From contig NC_069006.1 of assembly GCF_001194135.2 (NCBI RefSeq), forward strand, positions 18,734,163 through 18,798,162: a DNA stretch of 64,000 bases. Reading direction: 5' to 3'. The notes under the pieces are model-generated. The model was not told where the DNA came from, made no database searches, and was given only the letters and a program-made list of their open reading frames with translations. This document shows positions 1-14,130 of this stretch, piece after piece (position 1 is the first letter of the stretch; the number at the start of each line of letters is the position of its first letter). The stretch comes from Octopus bimaculoides (taxonomy: Eukaryota). A program made the translations under genes and the position numbers.

Positions 1-604
1 TTTATGATTATACAGATAGATATTATGTACTCTTAACTGTGAAACAATTGTACTAAATTAACTAAAGGCAAGTGTTTTTCTACTCTTCTCTATTGTTTTT
101 TATTCTGTGTGTATCAAAAATATCGCTATCAATCTGGAGTAATAATTTGTAGTTTTGAAATCAGTAGTTCTTTGACTGCTATTTCTGAATTCTCAGTATG
201 TTGGAGAAGCAGGTTACTGTCAATCCCTATACATTTATGATTATACAGATAGATAGATAGGGAAATAGCGATGCTGATTAGAAGTTGTTTTTAGATTTTA
301 AACACACTTTACAGGGAATTTATGATGAATAATTGTGAAGATCTCAGTGAATTGAAGAAAAGGTAGCCCATCATATGCATGGGCATGAACGTGTAAGAAA
401 TTCACACATACACCAACTGATATGTGTATATATCATACTCACACACACCAATACCAAGTCATTACAGTTTCACCTGAAGCTTGCAGTAGCATGAAACTCA
501 AGTCGCAAGACAAACTCTCAGCTTCAGTTTCATTAAAAATCTATATATGTTATATACAGAGGCAGACAGACGGACAAACAGATAAATAATAGATAGACAT
601 GAAG

Positions 605-860
605 GCTTGTGGTTTAGTGATTAAGGCTATTGCACTCATGACTGCAAGGCTGTGGTTTCGATTCCCAGATTGGCAGTGCATTGTGTTTTTGAGCAGAACA
701 CTTCTTTACAAGTTGTTCCAGTTCACTCAGCTGTAAATAGGTACCCTGTTAGCATTCTGTTCAGGGGAAAATGTTGGACTGCCCACCTTGCCAGCAGGAT
801 TTCATCATTTGGAAGCTACAACAATGTGAGGAAGGGCATTTTAACCAGTGGTGTTTAATA
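605..860 (+). mobile_element. Third tRNA-type SINE; second copy at 14225-14480
   Basis: 'tggtttagtgattaaggctattgcactcatga..tttcgattcccaga..ttttgagcagaacactt' shared with the 14.2 kb copy. Confidence 0.65.
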
Positions 861-878
861 ACAGCCAATAGTCCAGTT

Positions 879-1130
879 TAGTGGTTCTCAACCAGGGTTC
901 ATATGACCCTTGGGGGTCCACACAAGATTTTGTTGCTAAAATTTATGTGCAATAAATTAGTTGTACTGTTAAAAATTATTTTAACAGTTTTTTTTTTATA
1001 CAATTCTTGATAATATTTAACTATAAAAATATAATAGGATTTTTTAAAACATTGAATGGCTATGGGGGTCCATTTAAGTAAAATGGGAATTAAAGGGAGT
1101 CCATAGATAAAAAAATCATTGAGAACTTTG
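879..1130. mobile_element. hAT (Charlie-like) MITE
   Basis: Ends TAGTGGTTCTCAACC ... ATTGAGAACTTTG; internal 'gggggtcca' motifs. Confidence 0.55.
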
Positions 1131-1682
1131 ATCTGGTTGATATAGTGATATAAATAAATAGCTAGCTAGCTAGATAAAATATGTGTGTATATGTATGTGG
1201 ATATGTATGTGTATANNNNNNNNNNNNNNNNNNNNNNNNNNNNNNNNNNNNNNNNNNNNNNNNNNNNNNNNNNNNNNNNNNNNNNNNNNNNNNNNNNNNN
1301 NNNNNNNNNNNNNNNNNNNNNNNNNNNNNNNNNNNNNNNNNNNNNNNNNNNNNNNNNNNNNNNNNNNNNNNNNNNNNNNNNNNNNNNNNNNNNNNNNNNN
1401 NNNNNNNNNNNNNNNNNNNNNNNNNNNNNNNNNNNNNNNNNNNNNNNNNNNNNNNNNNNNNNNNNNNNNNNNNNNNNNNNNNNNNNNNNNNNNNNNNNNN
1501 NNNNNNNNNNNNNNNNNNNNNNNNNNNNNNNNNNNNNNNNNNNNNNNNNNNNNNNNAACAACCCCCCCCCCACACTACCACACAACCCAACCTAACACTC
1601 TACCAACCAACCAAACAACCAACCCACCCACGGCCAACCTAAAATATTTATCTGAAGAATTCTCTTCAGCAGAATCCTTCAC

Positions 1683-1719
1683 CTAAATTCCTCACACATC
1701 CTATTTCTGTCTCAGCCAT
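1683..1719 (-). CDS. Candidate alternative first coding exon, MAETEIGCVRNL(G), phase 1 donor
   Basis: ctggaATGG Kozak context; TTA G|gtgaag donor; preceded by a CpG-containing unique stretch at 1720-1900. Confidence 0.3.
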
Positions 1720-1919
1720 TCCAGGAGAAAATGCTTCCTGACTTTGCTGTGCATTGCCGTGTATCTGCCGTGTGTCTGCTGTGTGAAGGCCATGTATCTG
1801 TTACCGATGGCTTGCCGCCCTGCGTATCGCTTTGTGTTGTTGTGTGTGTGTCTGCTGCTCTTACACATCTTTAATTGTCACTTGATGCTGGAACTAGGAT
1901 ATAGTTTAACGCAAATTAC

Positions 1920-2500
1920 CAGGTGGTGATGGTGGTGGTAGTGAGCAGTGGAGACAGAGGTGTCTATGGTCTTGGTGGTGGTGGTGGTGGTGGAAGTACC
2001 AGTGGAGATAGTGATGTTTATGGTGGTGGTGGTGATAATAGTGGTGAAGATAGTGGTATTGGTAGTGGTGGTGATAGGAGTGGGGATAGTGGTGTCTAGG
2101 GTGGTCGTGATAATAGTGGTAAAGATAATGGTGGTGACAGGAGTAGAGATAGTGATGGAGATAGTGGTGAAAATAATGGCGGTGATGATTATTGTAGTAG
2201 TGTTGGTGATATAGTGGTGTGAGTAATAGTGGTGTTGATGGTGGCCAATGAGGTGGTGGTGATGACAAAGCTAGTGGTGATGGTAATGGAACAAGTCATA
2301 GTCTTGGCGGTGGTGATAATAATGTTAGTGCTGTTGTGGTATCTACAGTAGTGGTGGTGGTGGTGATAGTAATGCTGGTGGCTGGAGTAGTGCTTGTGAT
2401 GGTGGCGATTGTGTTGGTTGTAGCTGAGATGGTGCATGTGGTAATGGTAGTGGTAGTAGCAGTTGCAGTGGCAATAGCTGAGATACTATTGGTTGTGGTT
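1920..2500. repeat. Degenerate (GTG/GTA/GAT)n trinucleotide low-complexity tract
   Basis: Source of the poly-V, poly-H and poly-T pseudo-ORFs. Confidence 0.9.
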
Positions 2501-3532
2501 TTAAGTATGTATTCACATGCATATAGTTGCATGTCTAGACATGCGCATGTATGCTTAAAAGGTAAATTTCTGGAAAGTTTTAGAAATTTTCAGTTTCAGT
2601 GATGGTTTGGATCTGTAGTCTTTGAATCAGCTTTCTCCTTTCTGTTTTTGAGAAGCCGAATTTCTCGAGATTGGTGCTTAGGCAGTTTGTTATATATTCC
2701 AGTGCCCCAATAATTTACAGGTATAAACCTGAACTTATAATTTGGGCAGAGTAAATTTCTCAATAGTTCAGTGTATGTGTTATGTATGTATGTATGTATA
2801 TTTATATATGTGTGTGTAATCACATACACACACAACAAGCTTCTTTCAGTTTCTGCCTCCTAAATCCATTCACAAGACTTTGGAGGATTCAGGTGGCCTG
2901 GGACTATAGTAGAAGTCACTTGTTCAAGGTGCCTCACAGTGAAACTGAACTCAGAACATGAGGTTGGGAAGCAAACTTCTTAACCACACACCCATACCTG
3001 TACCAGTAGACATTATATTTAGTATATACTTTATAGTAAAAATTATACATAATAAATTGTGTATATAGACTATATAGTGTATCTAGTGTACATCACATAT
3101 TTAATACCTTTCCTGTCTTGCAAGTTACTTTGTGGTCCCACTAGTGCCAGTGATATGAAAAAAAGCACCCAGTGCACACTGTAAAGTGATTGGTGTTAGG
3201 AAGAGCATCCAGCCAAAGAAACCATGCCATAGCCAACATGGATCAAGATGCAGCGCTGAGATTCACCAGATCCCTTCAAACTGTCCAGCCAATGCCAGCA
3301 TGAAAAGCAGATGCTTAATGAAGATGATGACTGTGTATATAGTTGTTTAGTCCCCAACCAGCCCTGATGCAGTAAACCTATGATCAAAAATGTTCTCATC
3401 ATGGCCATGCTATCATATGGTATTTTTGGTTAAAGATATTGTGTATCTAGGATTACATTATCCAATGCAACAGTAGTAGTCTGTGATCTAAGGGTGAATA
3501 TTGCTGATATTTCTGGCAGCTTGACGACCACA

Positions 3533-3609
3533 TCAAGGCAACATGTCTCTCGTTGGCTCAACTTTCATTCCCATTCCATCTTCAGGTGAGGTACAGCAGA
3601 ACTGAACAG
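3533..3609 (-). CDS. Candidate alternative terminal exon, (A)VQFCCTSPEDGMGMKVEPTRDMLP*
   Basis: ctctctgcttgtctatcag|CT GTT...CCT TGA; strong pyrimidine tract; open for 24 codons in phase 1, then stop. Confidence 0.3.
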
Positions 3610-4059
3610 CTGATAGACAAGCAGAGAGAGAGAGAGGAGGGAGAGAGAGAGAAAGAAATACAGATATAAACAGAGCAATAGAGACAGACAGATGTAAATA
3701 GGAAGAGAAAAATAGAGAGACAGAATTCTAGATGTCAATGAATTCAGCAGCTGTTTGTTCCCTAAGCTGTATAACTGACACTGATGCCTTAAATAACCCC
3801 ACCCACCTCATACATGTTCACCCATCCACCCCTCAAATATATTCCACCGCCACCATCAGCAACAACAACGATCACAACCCACCAGAGGGTGTGTACCTCA
3901 GGCTTTTGTATTACTTCTTACCATCTCCAGATACAAACTCGCATTTTTTCCCCAAGTTTATTTTTTTATTTTTACACATACTGACTGTGGGCAATGGACA
4001 TACCATGGGCAGTAGTGAAACAGCAGTGTTACGACTATCAAACTGGCAGAACCATTAGC

Positions 4060-4344
<285 letters not shown>

Positions 4345-6475
4345 GTAATAACATTCATAACTCACTTCTGTTTCTCTACTGCCCATCTTTATGAGGAGAC
4401 ATGTTTGAAACATATACAGATTATAATTACAGATGTATCATATGTTTAAGGAAGTGTACATATTACATTTGTTCATGTTGTAAAGAGAAATAGAGAAATA
4501 TGGAGGTGTTTGTAAGGTATATATGTGTGTTTAACTATTTGTCAGCATACTTTGAATACCCTTGTAGATTATATACTTACATATACATATACATACATGT
4601 ACATATGTATGAACGTACGTGAATACTTGTATGTAGTTAAAAAGTTTGCTTCCTAACCACATAGTTTCAGATTCAGTCCCACTGCATGGCACCTTGGGCA
4701 AGTGTATTCTACTGTAGTCTTGGTAGATGGAAGCTGAATGAAACCTATTGTATATATCATTATCATTTAACATTTGTCTTCCATGCTGGCTTGGGTTGGA
4801 TGGTTTGACAGGAGCTGACAAGCCTGAGGAAAGTGCCAAGCTTTATCATCTGCTTTGGCATTGGTTTTACGGCTGGAGGCTCTTCCTAATGCCAACCACT
4901 TTATAGAGAGTGCTGGGTGCTTTTTACATATACGTGCGTGAGTGTGTATGTTGGTGCATCCTTGTCCTGTCATCATGTGATAGTTGTGAAATGATTGTCA
5001 CTATCATACAAGCATTGTTATTCCTTCCCAATTTTCATGTCTGACCAGGGGGAAATATTACCTTTCTTGGAAACAGGTGAGGGTTGGTGACAAGTTGGGA
5101 CCCAGTCATAAAAAGACACAAGGAGCCATGTTGTGGGACTGAACCCATGACCATGTGGTTGGGAAAACTTCTGAACCACACAGCCACACCTGCACCTATA
5201 TGTATATATTTGTGTGTGTGTGTGTGTGTGTAATATGCATATTAGTTTATAAAGCAAATCATGGAATGTTGCATACTTTGACATATAACCGTGGCTGTTA
5301 TATGGCATTCCTGTGGGTTGTTGGTTTTGTGTGGCCCCAGATCAACTCTGACAGAGCAGACTTTCTTTTTAGAAGTGTCTAGGACTACATTATCTAACAT
5401 GTCCCTCCCCTTTTTATAAAGACACTGAAGTGGAATGTATAGGAGATTTAGCTAATGTTTGTAACATGTCAAGTGGCCATATAAATGTTCCCTTTTAAGG
5501 GGTGTAGAACATTAAAACAGGAGCTGAACATTTGAAAAAATATCCTTAATTAATAGAGATCTAACTATCAAAATATTCCTTGAAAGCAATTAGCATAGGT
5601 CACAGGGGAACAGGAAAAGGATGAACGTTAAAGGATATCTGTATTAATACAGGTCAGGTATAAAAATCAGATTTTTTCTTAGAAATGGTCCTAGTTCAAA
5701 AGAGGTTCACAATTAAATCACTTATGGAGATCAAGAGGGAGATTGAAATGAAAAAAAAATGGGAAACTGTCAAGTATCAAAACTGAAAAGTTATTAAATC
5801 TCTAAATACGGAAATTGTTGTGAAGAGAAATTAGAATTGGTCTAAGGATCACTTTGAATAGGAATCAATATATGTAAATGAGAAAGGATTGAAGGTCACA
5901 AATGAATGAATAATAAGTAAATAATATGAAGAATTCAAAGTTAAGAAAACAGAAGTGGAAGTTTTAAAAAAATCAGAATTCAAACATCAAAATTAAAGAT
6001 ATCATTAATTAAAATCAAATGATGAATCTTACATAAATGATAATCAGAATGGTCAATGGATTAAAATTAAAGCAGGAAAATTACATCAAGATTAACAGTA
6101 GTCAAAGACCTAAATCTAAAGGAATCATTAAAATCAAGGATAAAAAGAAGAAATCAAAAATAAAAAAAAAATTAAGGATCAAAACAGGTAATCAAGGATC
6201 AAAACAATCAGGTATCAAAATTAAAAGGTATAATCACAGATCAAAATCAAGAGGATGGATTGAAAACCAGATGAAAACAAAAAGAAGATATACTATAAGG
6301 TAGGTAAAAAAAATAAAGAGAAAAATTAGGTTTGAAAAATAAAGGTCAAAGTTCAAAACAGGTTTGGAGATCAAAGTCTAAGAAATATAGGTCAAAGTTC
6401 AAATATGGTTCTAGGATTAAACTATAAAATCAAAGATCAAAATGAGATGTCAGCGTTAGAACATGTCAAAAATCC

Positions 6476-6549
6476 AAAAAGGAAGATTGAGATTAAAAAG
6501 GAAGATTGAGATTAAAAAGGAAGATTGAGATTAAAAAGGAAGACTGAGG
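6476..6549. repeat. 20-bp minisatellite (AAAAAGGAAGATTGAGATTA), about 3.5 copies
   Basis: Seen directly. Confidence 0.85.
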
Positions 6550-6618
6550 ATCAGGTTTTGACAATACTGAGAAGGAGATCAAATTTGCTAGTAGATGGTC
6601 AGTTGGCCATGTGCCTAC

Positions 6619-6699
6619 CTGCAGCAGTCTTTACTTCAGTTGTTGTGGTTTGTGATCCAGCACCACCAGCAATTATTGTAGAACTCATTGAGGGATTGC
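6619..6699 (-). CDS. 81-nt exon, (G)[26 protein letters not shown] (phase 1-1)
   Basis: ttatgtttcag|GC AAT...GCA G|gtaggc. Confidence 0.8.
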
Positions 6700-8164
6700 C
6701 TGAAACATAATTTTGCAATGAAGATAAAAAAAAAAATCAAAAAAATAGTTTAAAAAAAAAAAAATCTGAAGTTTTATCGCAGTTTTTAACCAAACAGACT
6801 GCTTTAAATATTTGTCATGAAGCTGAGAAGGTAAAAAGAAAATGATTAAATGGGAGGACAAAGAACTAAAACACACTTGGGTTTATTAATAGTAGGAAAC
6901 TTCTTAAAAGAATCTTCTCAGTTAATCGATATATCTAACAGATTGGGTAATTGTGTAGAGGAGTCACCATCATTGGCTTCGAAATATTTCCATGAATTTC
7001 ATAAGGAAAGAAGAAAAAGGAGTGAATAAAATGCAAAAAAAAAAAGAGTCTAAAAGATTAAAAAGTTATTTCTATGTGTTTTTTAATAGTTTAGTCAAAG
7101 GAAAAGGTCAGTGCTTGTGATTTCTTCTGGAGAGGCCTTCAAGGTTGGTGGAAGGAAGAAAAGTAGTTATCCTTAGATCAGAGTCCCAGCTCAAATGCTA
7201 AGAACAGAGTGGACTGTGCTAAATGTAGTAAACTGGGTGACTGAATAAATTTGCCATCAGAGAACAGGAATTGGCATTCAGTGACAGACTTCCATATTGT
7301 TTCTTTCAACCAAATTCCTCTCACATGACTTTGGTTGACCCAAATCTATGGGAGAAGACACTTGCTCAAAGGTTCCAAGCAGGGCAATGGGATTGAACCT
7401 GCAAACCATATGGTTAACCACAGAGCTACATTTGTGTAATGGCTAAGGAGCAGGATTAGGTTAGGTAGGAATAAAAGTGGATGTTGTGAAAGAGACAGGG
7501 TACATCAGAGTGATACCTGATACAATTTTGGTCATTTTGGTCACTGTAGTTGTAGTTCCATCAGCTGATACAGTTTTTGTTTCAGTACATTCTGCAAACA
7601 GATTTCACAAAAGATTATCAGAGAAAGTAAGTAAATGGAAATGGATAAGAAAAATACACACACACACACACACACACACAGATATTTATATTTGAGCACT
7701 TCTTTTGCAGTCCTATATAAACTGTTTTGTTTCTTGATAAGAGACAAATATTATTATTATTNNNNNNNNNNNNNNNNNNNNNNNNATATATACAGGGTGT
7801 GATGGGCAAATTTTTGCCATTTTATATTTTTAATTTATTGCATGCACATTGTTTATTTTTGATTTTATCGACTATACAGTATAGTAGGGTCAGTTGGGTA
7901 CCATCTGTGAGAAAAACAGCACCATGCTGCAATTCACTCTGCCAAAAATTTGAAAATGACATGCTGTACTGCTTGGCGTTCATGCCAAAAGCTCCAATAT
8001 GAACATTTCAGAGTGTTTGGGTGTCAATCTGAGGACAGTGCAATCTAAGTACATGTACCGAGAGTGATAAAAGTCAATCCAGTCAACATCATGGTGTCTG
8101 GAGTGATCACAAGTGATGGTGACGTTATCATTATTATCATCATTTAACATCCATCTTCCATGCA

Positions 8165-8204
<40 letters not shown>

Positions 8205-10165
8205 TAGGGGGCTCCGAAAGGGGTCTCAGGGAGTAGTGTCCATGCCTTCCTGAGCTAGTTTTCCACCACATTTCTTAAAAATCATGGTAGAGGCCTTGGT
8301 CTCAGGATCACTTATGTCTAGAAACTGAGGTTGGGGGTAAGCAAGGGCATGCTCCCCATAGAAAATCCAGCTCCAAAAAAGCCTCATGATAGCAAGGGAG
8401 AATGGGCACCAGCCAGCCCATAGGTTGAGCTGCCTGCCTCAGTTGCTATGACATTGAGGTAGATCCAGCTACCCCCATTAATGGGGACAAAACCCAGATT
8501 TAAAACACTGGATGATATATGAAGAGAGAGGATACCTACCTTTCATACCACCACTATCATCTTTGGTGACCACAGTCTGTGTATCTGCAATCATACAACA
8601 GAAATCATGAAAATTAATACATTTAACATATTACTATAGACACATCATCAGAGACCAGTGTGCTGCAGCTCAGCAGATTTGAACAAGGTGGGTGATTCTG
8701 CTAGTGACTTACTTTGACTGAAAGCAGGTTAAAGATACTCTGAAAAATTGATATGAAATTAGTGATATTCTGTCACTATATGAAATAAAATAAAAAATAG
8801 CTTTAACTTAGGTGCAGGTATGACTATGTGGTAAGAAGTGTGCTTCTCAACTACATAGTCCAGGTTCAGTCCCACTCCATGGCAACTTTGGAAAGTGTCT
8901 TCTCCTATAGCCTTGGGCCAACCAAAGCCTTGCAAGTAGATTTGGCAGACAGAAACTGAATGAAGCCCATTATATATGTAATTATTTATCGAACCTGTTA
9001 CTTACTCTATCAGTCTGTGTTGCTGAACTGCTATGTTACAAGGATGAACACAAACACGAAAACACACACAGATACATATCACAGGTTTTTATCAGTTTTT
9101 GTTAACCAAATCCACATGAAAGGCGTTGGTCAGCCCAAAGTGCCACATAGCAGAACTGGAACCATGTGGTTGAAAAGCAAACTTCTGACCACACCTGCAC
9201 CTAAAAAATGTGAAATGGTTACAGCACCTAGGTTTCCCAAGTGGTCACATATCTAAGTACTAACAAGTCACGACATTGCTTAACTTAGGTGACCGAATGA
9301 GAACTGGTGCTTTCAACATGATATACCATAAAATATATTTGTTTATTTTTTGTGTGATGTTATTTTTAATTTTGATTCATTAAACCGACCATAGTTTCAG
9401 TAATTACAATTTTCAAACTGAAATTAAACAAAATAAAAAAAAAAATTGGTTAAAACAATGACAACAAAAAGCTAATATAAAAAAGGTACCAATCAAATGT
9501 TAATTGAGACAGTTATTGTTTTCTCTCTGCATTGTAGCGTTTGCCTGGAATAAAGTCAACTATGGTCTTTACTAAATCATGCATATGTTCAGATGTTGGA
9601 GACTACTGCTTATGAAGATTAGCGGGCAATATCATATCTAAAGGGAGTCTTTGTTATCTTATTGCAAGGCTAATCTCAGTTCATCAAGATTATTTAACTC
9701 ACCATATTACATATGTGAATCCCTACCATATGAGTATTCACCATAAAGAAAGCTCAAACTAGTTCCATTCACAAAGCTTGGCTCAATTCAAGTATATAGT
9801 AGAAAGTGCTTTCCCAAGATATCATGCAGAGGATTTGAAACTGTGATTTTGGAATTCTGAAGAGGACTTTATGACCTATCAACATGCCTGTACCGAACCC
9901 TACCTCCACTTTTTTCTGTAAAACATTCAGATGTCAAGTTAAATAAAGTCCTATTCACACAAACACATACACAGAGAGTGATAAAGAAAGAGATCATTAC
10001 CCCAGACTCAGTAACATTTTAAGCAGGCTCTTGTGACATTTTAAAATTCTAGCACACAAACGTATACACCTACACACGCACACATATATACACGTACACG
10101 AATACATACACTTGCATATATATGTATATTATATATATATGCATCCACATATGAATAAATACACA

Positions 10166-10219
<54 letters not shown>

Positions 10220-13200
10220 TACATACATACACACACACACATATACACACATACACACAAGTATACATCAACTTAAATCATTTCAAGTTATGCATCTTCA
10301 ACTTTATATTCTTTCTTTTAAGAAATTTAAAAAAACAAAAAAACCCTCTAAACTTCAGTCAATTTATCCAACTTCATGTTGGTCTCAGCAAAGATATTTA
10401 AAAGCAGACAAACTAGAAAAAACACCTAAAAACTAATACTGAATGGAAAATCAAATAAAATATATGTGAAAATATGTAAAAACCATTTATTAAAACAGAT
10501 ACAAGCTAATAAAGTTTTTTAAAGATTTATTTTCACACTACATTGTTGTAAGTTGAGGTACATCTGTAAATACGCACGCACACATATATTATATGTATAT
10601 ACATTTGGTGATGCAAACAGGCAAAAATAGAACTTAAAACATGAGTGTGTGTGTGTGTATATACTGTATAGACACACACACATCACACTGATTGTGTGTG
10701 TGTTTATTTCCAGAATGACTTTTTGGTATGGTAAACAAGACTCTTTCAAAACACCAACAATAAGATGACACCTAGTAACAATAACCCTGTTTGTCAGTGA
10801 CCTTTTAAAGATCACAACCCATTACTTACTAACTACTACTACTACCACTGCTACTACTACTTGCAACTTCTGTTTATTTATGCAGTAGGTGTGGCAGAAA
10901 TGGTAGCGTGCTATGCCATGAAAGAATGGAAGGGTGAACTAAATTGCTTAGCAATATTTTAATTACATTTCTTTGCAGTTCAAATCCCACTCAAATCAAC
11001 CTTGCCCTTTTATCCTTCAGTGGGATCAAAGAAATAATTACCATTATAGGTGCCAGGCGTGGCTATGTGGAAAAGTAGCTTGTTTCTCAATGACATGACC
11101 CTAGGTTCAGTCTTACTGTGTGTCACCTTGGGCAAGTATCTCTTACTGTTGCCTTAGCCAAAGAAAGCCGTGTGAGTGGATTTGGTAGAAAGAAACTGAA
11201 AGAAGCCTGCCGTATGTATATATGTGCGTGTCTGTATTTTTCCACGCACCCACCTGCACTGCTTGACAACCAGTGTTGGTTTGTTTGTGTCCCCATAGCT
11301 TAGTGGTTTGGCAACAGAGACTGGAAGAACAGGCTTTAAAAAAATAAGTACTTAGTTTGATACATGTAACTAAGAAGTTCTTCAAATCAGTGCCCCGGCA
11401 TGTCTGCAGTCTAATGACTGAAACAAGTAAAAAAAATAAAGGATAAAGATAAGTGCAGATATGGCTGTGTGGGTAAGAAGCTTGTTTCCCAACCACATGG
11501 TCCTGAGTTCAGTCCCACAGTGTGGAAACTTGGGTATGTGTCTTCTATTACAGCCTTGGTTTGACCAAAGCCTTGTGAGTGAATCTGGTAAACAGAAACT
11601 AAAAGATGTGTGTGTGTGTCTTTGTGTTTGTTCCCCACCGCTTCTTGACAACCATTGTTGGTTTGTTTATGTCCTTATTAGTTAGCAGTTCTGCAAAAGA
11701 GACCAATAGAATAAATGCTAGACTTAAAAATAAGCAATGGAGTTGATTCATTTGACTAAACCCTTCTAGGTGGTGTCTCAGCATTTATGTACAACAGTCT
11801 TTGTGATGACATACCAACATCTACCATCTCCACAATTTTACTTGGATGCATTAATTTCATAACACCTATATCAGATGGAGAAAGTTCATAACACCTGTAT
11901 TAGATGGAGAAAACAACAACCTGGTTTTTGTCAAAGATACTATTGTCTATAATTTCCAAATGAATTCTTTGTACACTATGATTTGAAATCAGTCTACATT
12001 TAGTCATATCAATTGGGCTAATGGAAAAAAAAAAGACATGCAATGCAGAGTAAATATAATGAAATATCAAAATTAACAAAAAAGAAAATCGAAACTAAAT
12101 TACTAAAAAAGAAGAAACATAACTAAAAATAGGAAAAACAAAATAAGATCTTTCTAGAAGGATCTCTCAAACATTACTATTAAAGAAAGAATACACTTTT
12201 TAAAAGATATATGAAATGGTACCACTAAACAAAAAATTAAATTTTAAAAATATTAAAAAATATATGTGGGAGGAGTGATAATATGCTTAATGCAACAAGC
12301 CACAAAAGTTTTTGCTTAATTAAAAATCAAAAAAAAAAAATAGTAGTGAAGAGAAATAAATTAAATTGTTAGCTTTAATGATTAATCCTTTCTAAGGGAG
12401 GTAACTTCAAAATTTGAATTGATTAAAATTTTTTATGTAGACATAAAGTGGAGGGAGTGAGTCAGATCTTTGGTAAGTAGTATAACTCTGAATATGTTCT
12501 GATCTTTTTAGACTTCATCAGCAACAAATAGTCTCACCACTATTTGCCAGATCCTGGATCAATGACAATTATCCACAAGTGTAATTTTAATAAACCAAGC
12601 ATTTTATGGCTCACTGCATTAAGTATATTAGCCTTCTACTTAACTATGTTTTTCAAGCATAATGTTGCCTAGGTAATTTGCTACCTATCTCCACCTCCAA
12701 TACCACCATTCATTCCTATAAAACAAAAAGTAGTTTTCTAAAATTATCTACCAAACTTGATATCACAGCACCCAATTGAAAGTATTACCTGTCTTCTCTT
12801 CTTGATTCTCTTTTGATTCTGTCTTAGACTCATTGCATTCATCTGGAATTTTTGTAACATCAAATATCAAAATGAGATAAGTGGTGGAATTTTGGTGAAG
12901 AGCATCTGAGAACATATCATTTGCCATAATGAAATTCTTGCTCCCCACCCTCCACCAATTTTCCACCACAAAATCATCAAAAACCAAGTATTCTTTCACA
13001 GAACATTGCAAATATTTTTCTCTGTGAATCAAAGAATTTTCTGCTCAATCATAGAATTTTTTAACAAAAGACACCTTTTAGGAACTGATGTCATAATTCA
13101 GCTTTTAAATATTTAAGGAATGAAGGAAAGAGCTACCTTTGGACAAGGTGTCAATCTGTCTTCGAAAGTATTCACCGAAGAATTTGTTTCTCCTTACACA

Positions 13201-14081
13201 CTGATATATAAAGTGAAGAATCTAGAATTATGGGGTTTGCTCAAAATACAAGGAACTATGTTGCAGTGAACTTGACCTCAAAACTCGAGTGGGTGGCCCA
13301 ATAGTGTATCCACCTTGACATTTTTGCATCTACTTAAAAGCAAGTACAAGGAGTAATGAAAATGCTGCAATTAATAAGGTGAATGTGAAAAATATAAGCA
13401 CATATAGAGATTCTAACATATAATAGTAAAGTGGGATAAAGGAGGAATATATAGAGAGAAAAATATGATGAAGATATCACTGTAAAGACACTAGAGGATA
13501 ATAAATATAGTAATTAGTTAAAAGACTGATGTTAATGAGTGGTAAGGGGATGTTACAGTAAGTATTATAGTGTTATATTTTGAGCTACTCAACAGGTAAA
13601 CTTGAATCTATCAACCTACTGTAGCAGTGTTAAGTTTACTTATTGCTGCATGTGTGTGTGTGCATGCATGTGCATATGTGTTTGCACACACACATATATA
13701 TATATATCAGTTTATATGGATTATATAGATTGTGTCAATAGCTTGTCAGCATACAGTAGGCTAGTCTAGAACACTCAAAGGAAAAAGTAATTGACCAATA
13801 AAATTTATTAATCAATGTATGACGATTCAGGTTGTCCTATTTTCAAATATTGGCACAATTGATTTTGATAATTGACAGTTATGTACCAGATGCAGGGATA
13901 GATTATCTTTTTATTATGATGTAATGCCAATATAGTTTGATGGATATTTCCTTCCAAACCATAAATTGAACTGAACTGTGTTTATCCATCCTTATTATAC
14001 ATACATACATGCATACATATATATATATATGAAAAGCTACTAATTATATGTATACATACACATACACACACAGATACATGT

Positions 14082-14130
<49 letters not shown>

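Noticed and set aside
5640-6560. K/I-rich ORF 6037..6303 and surrounding A-rich DNA
   Set aside because: Degenerate A-rich minisatellite (gatcaaaa-like units) giving biased translation.
13137-13200. Possible exon (tatatatcag|TGT...AAA G|gtagct)
   Set aside because: 64 nt, phase 0-1; incompatible with the surrounding phase-1 chain, and the phase-1 reading hits a stop.
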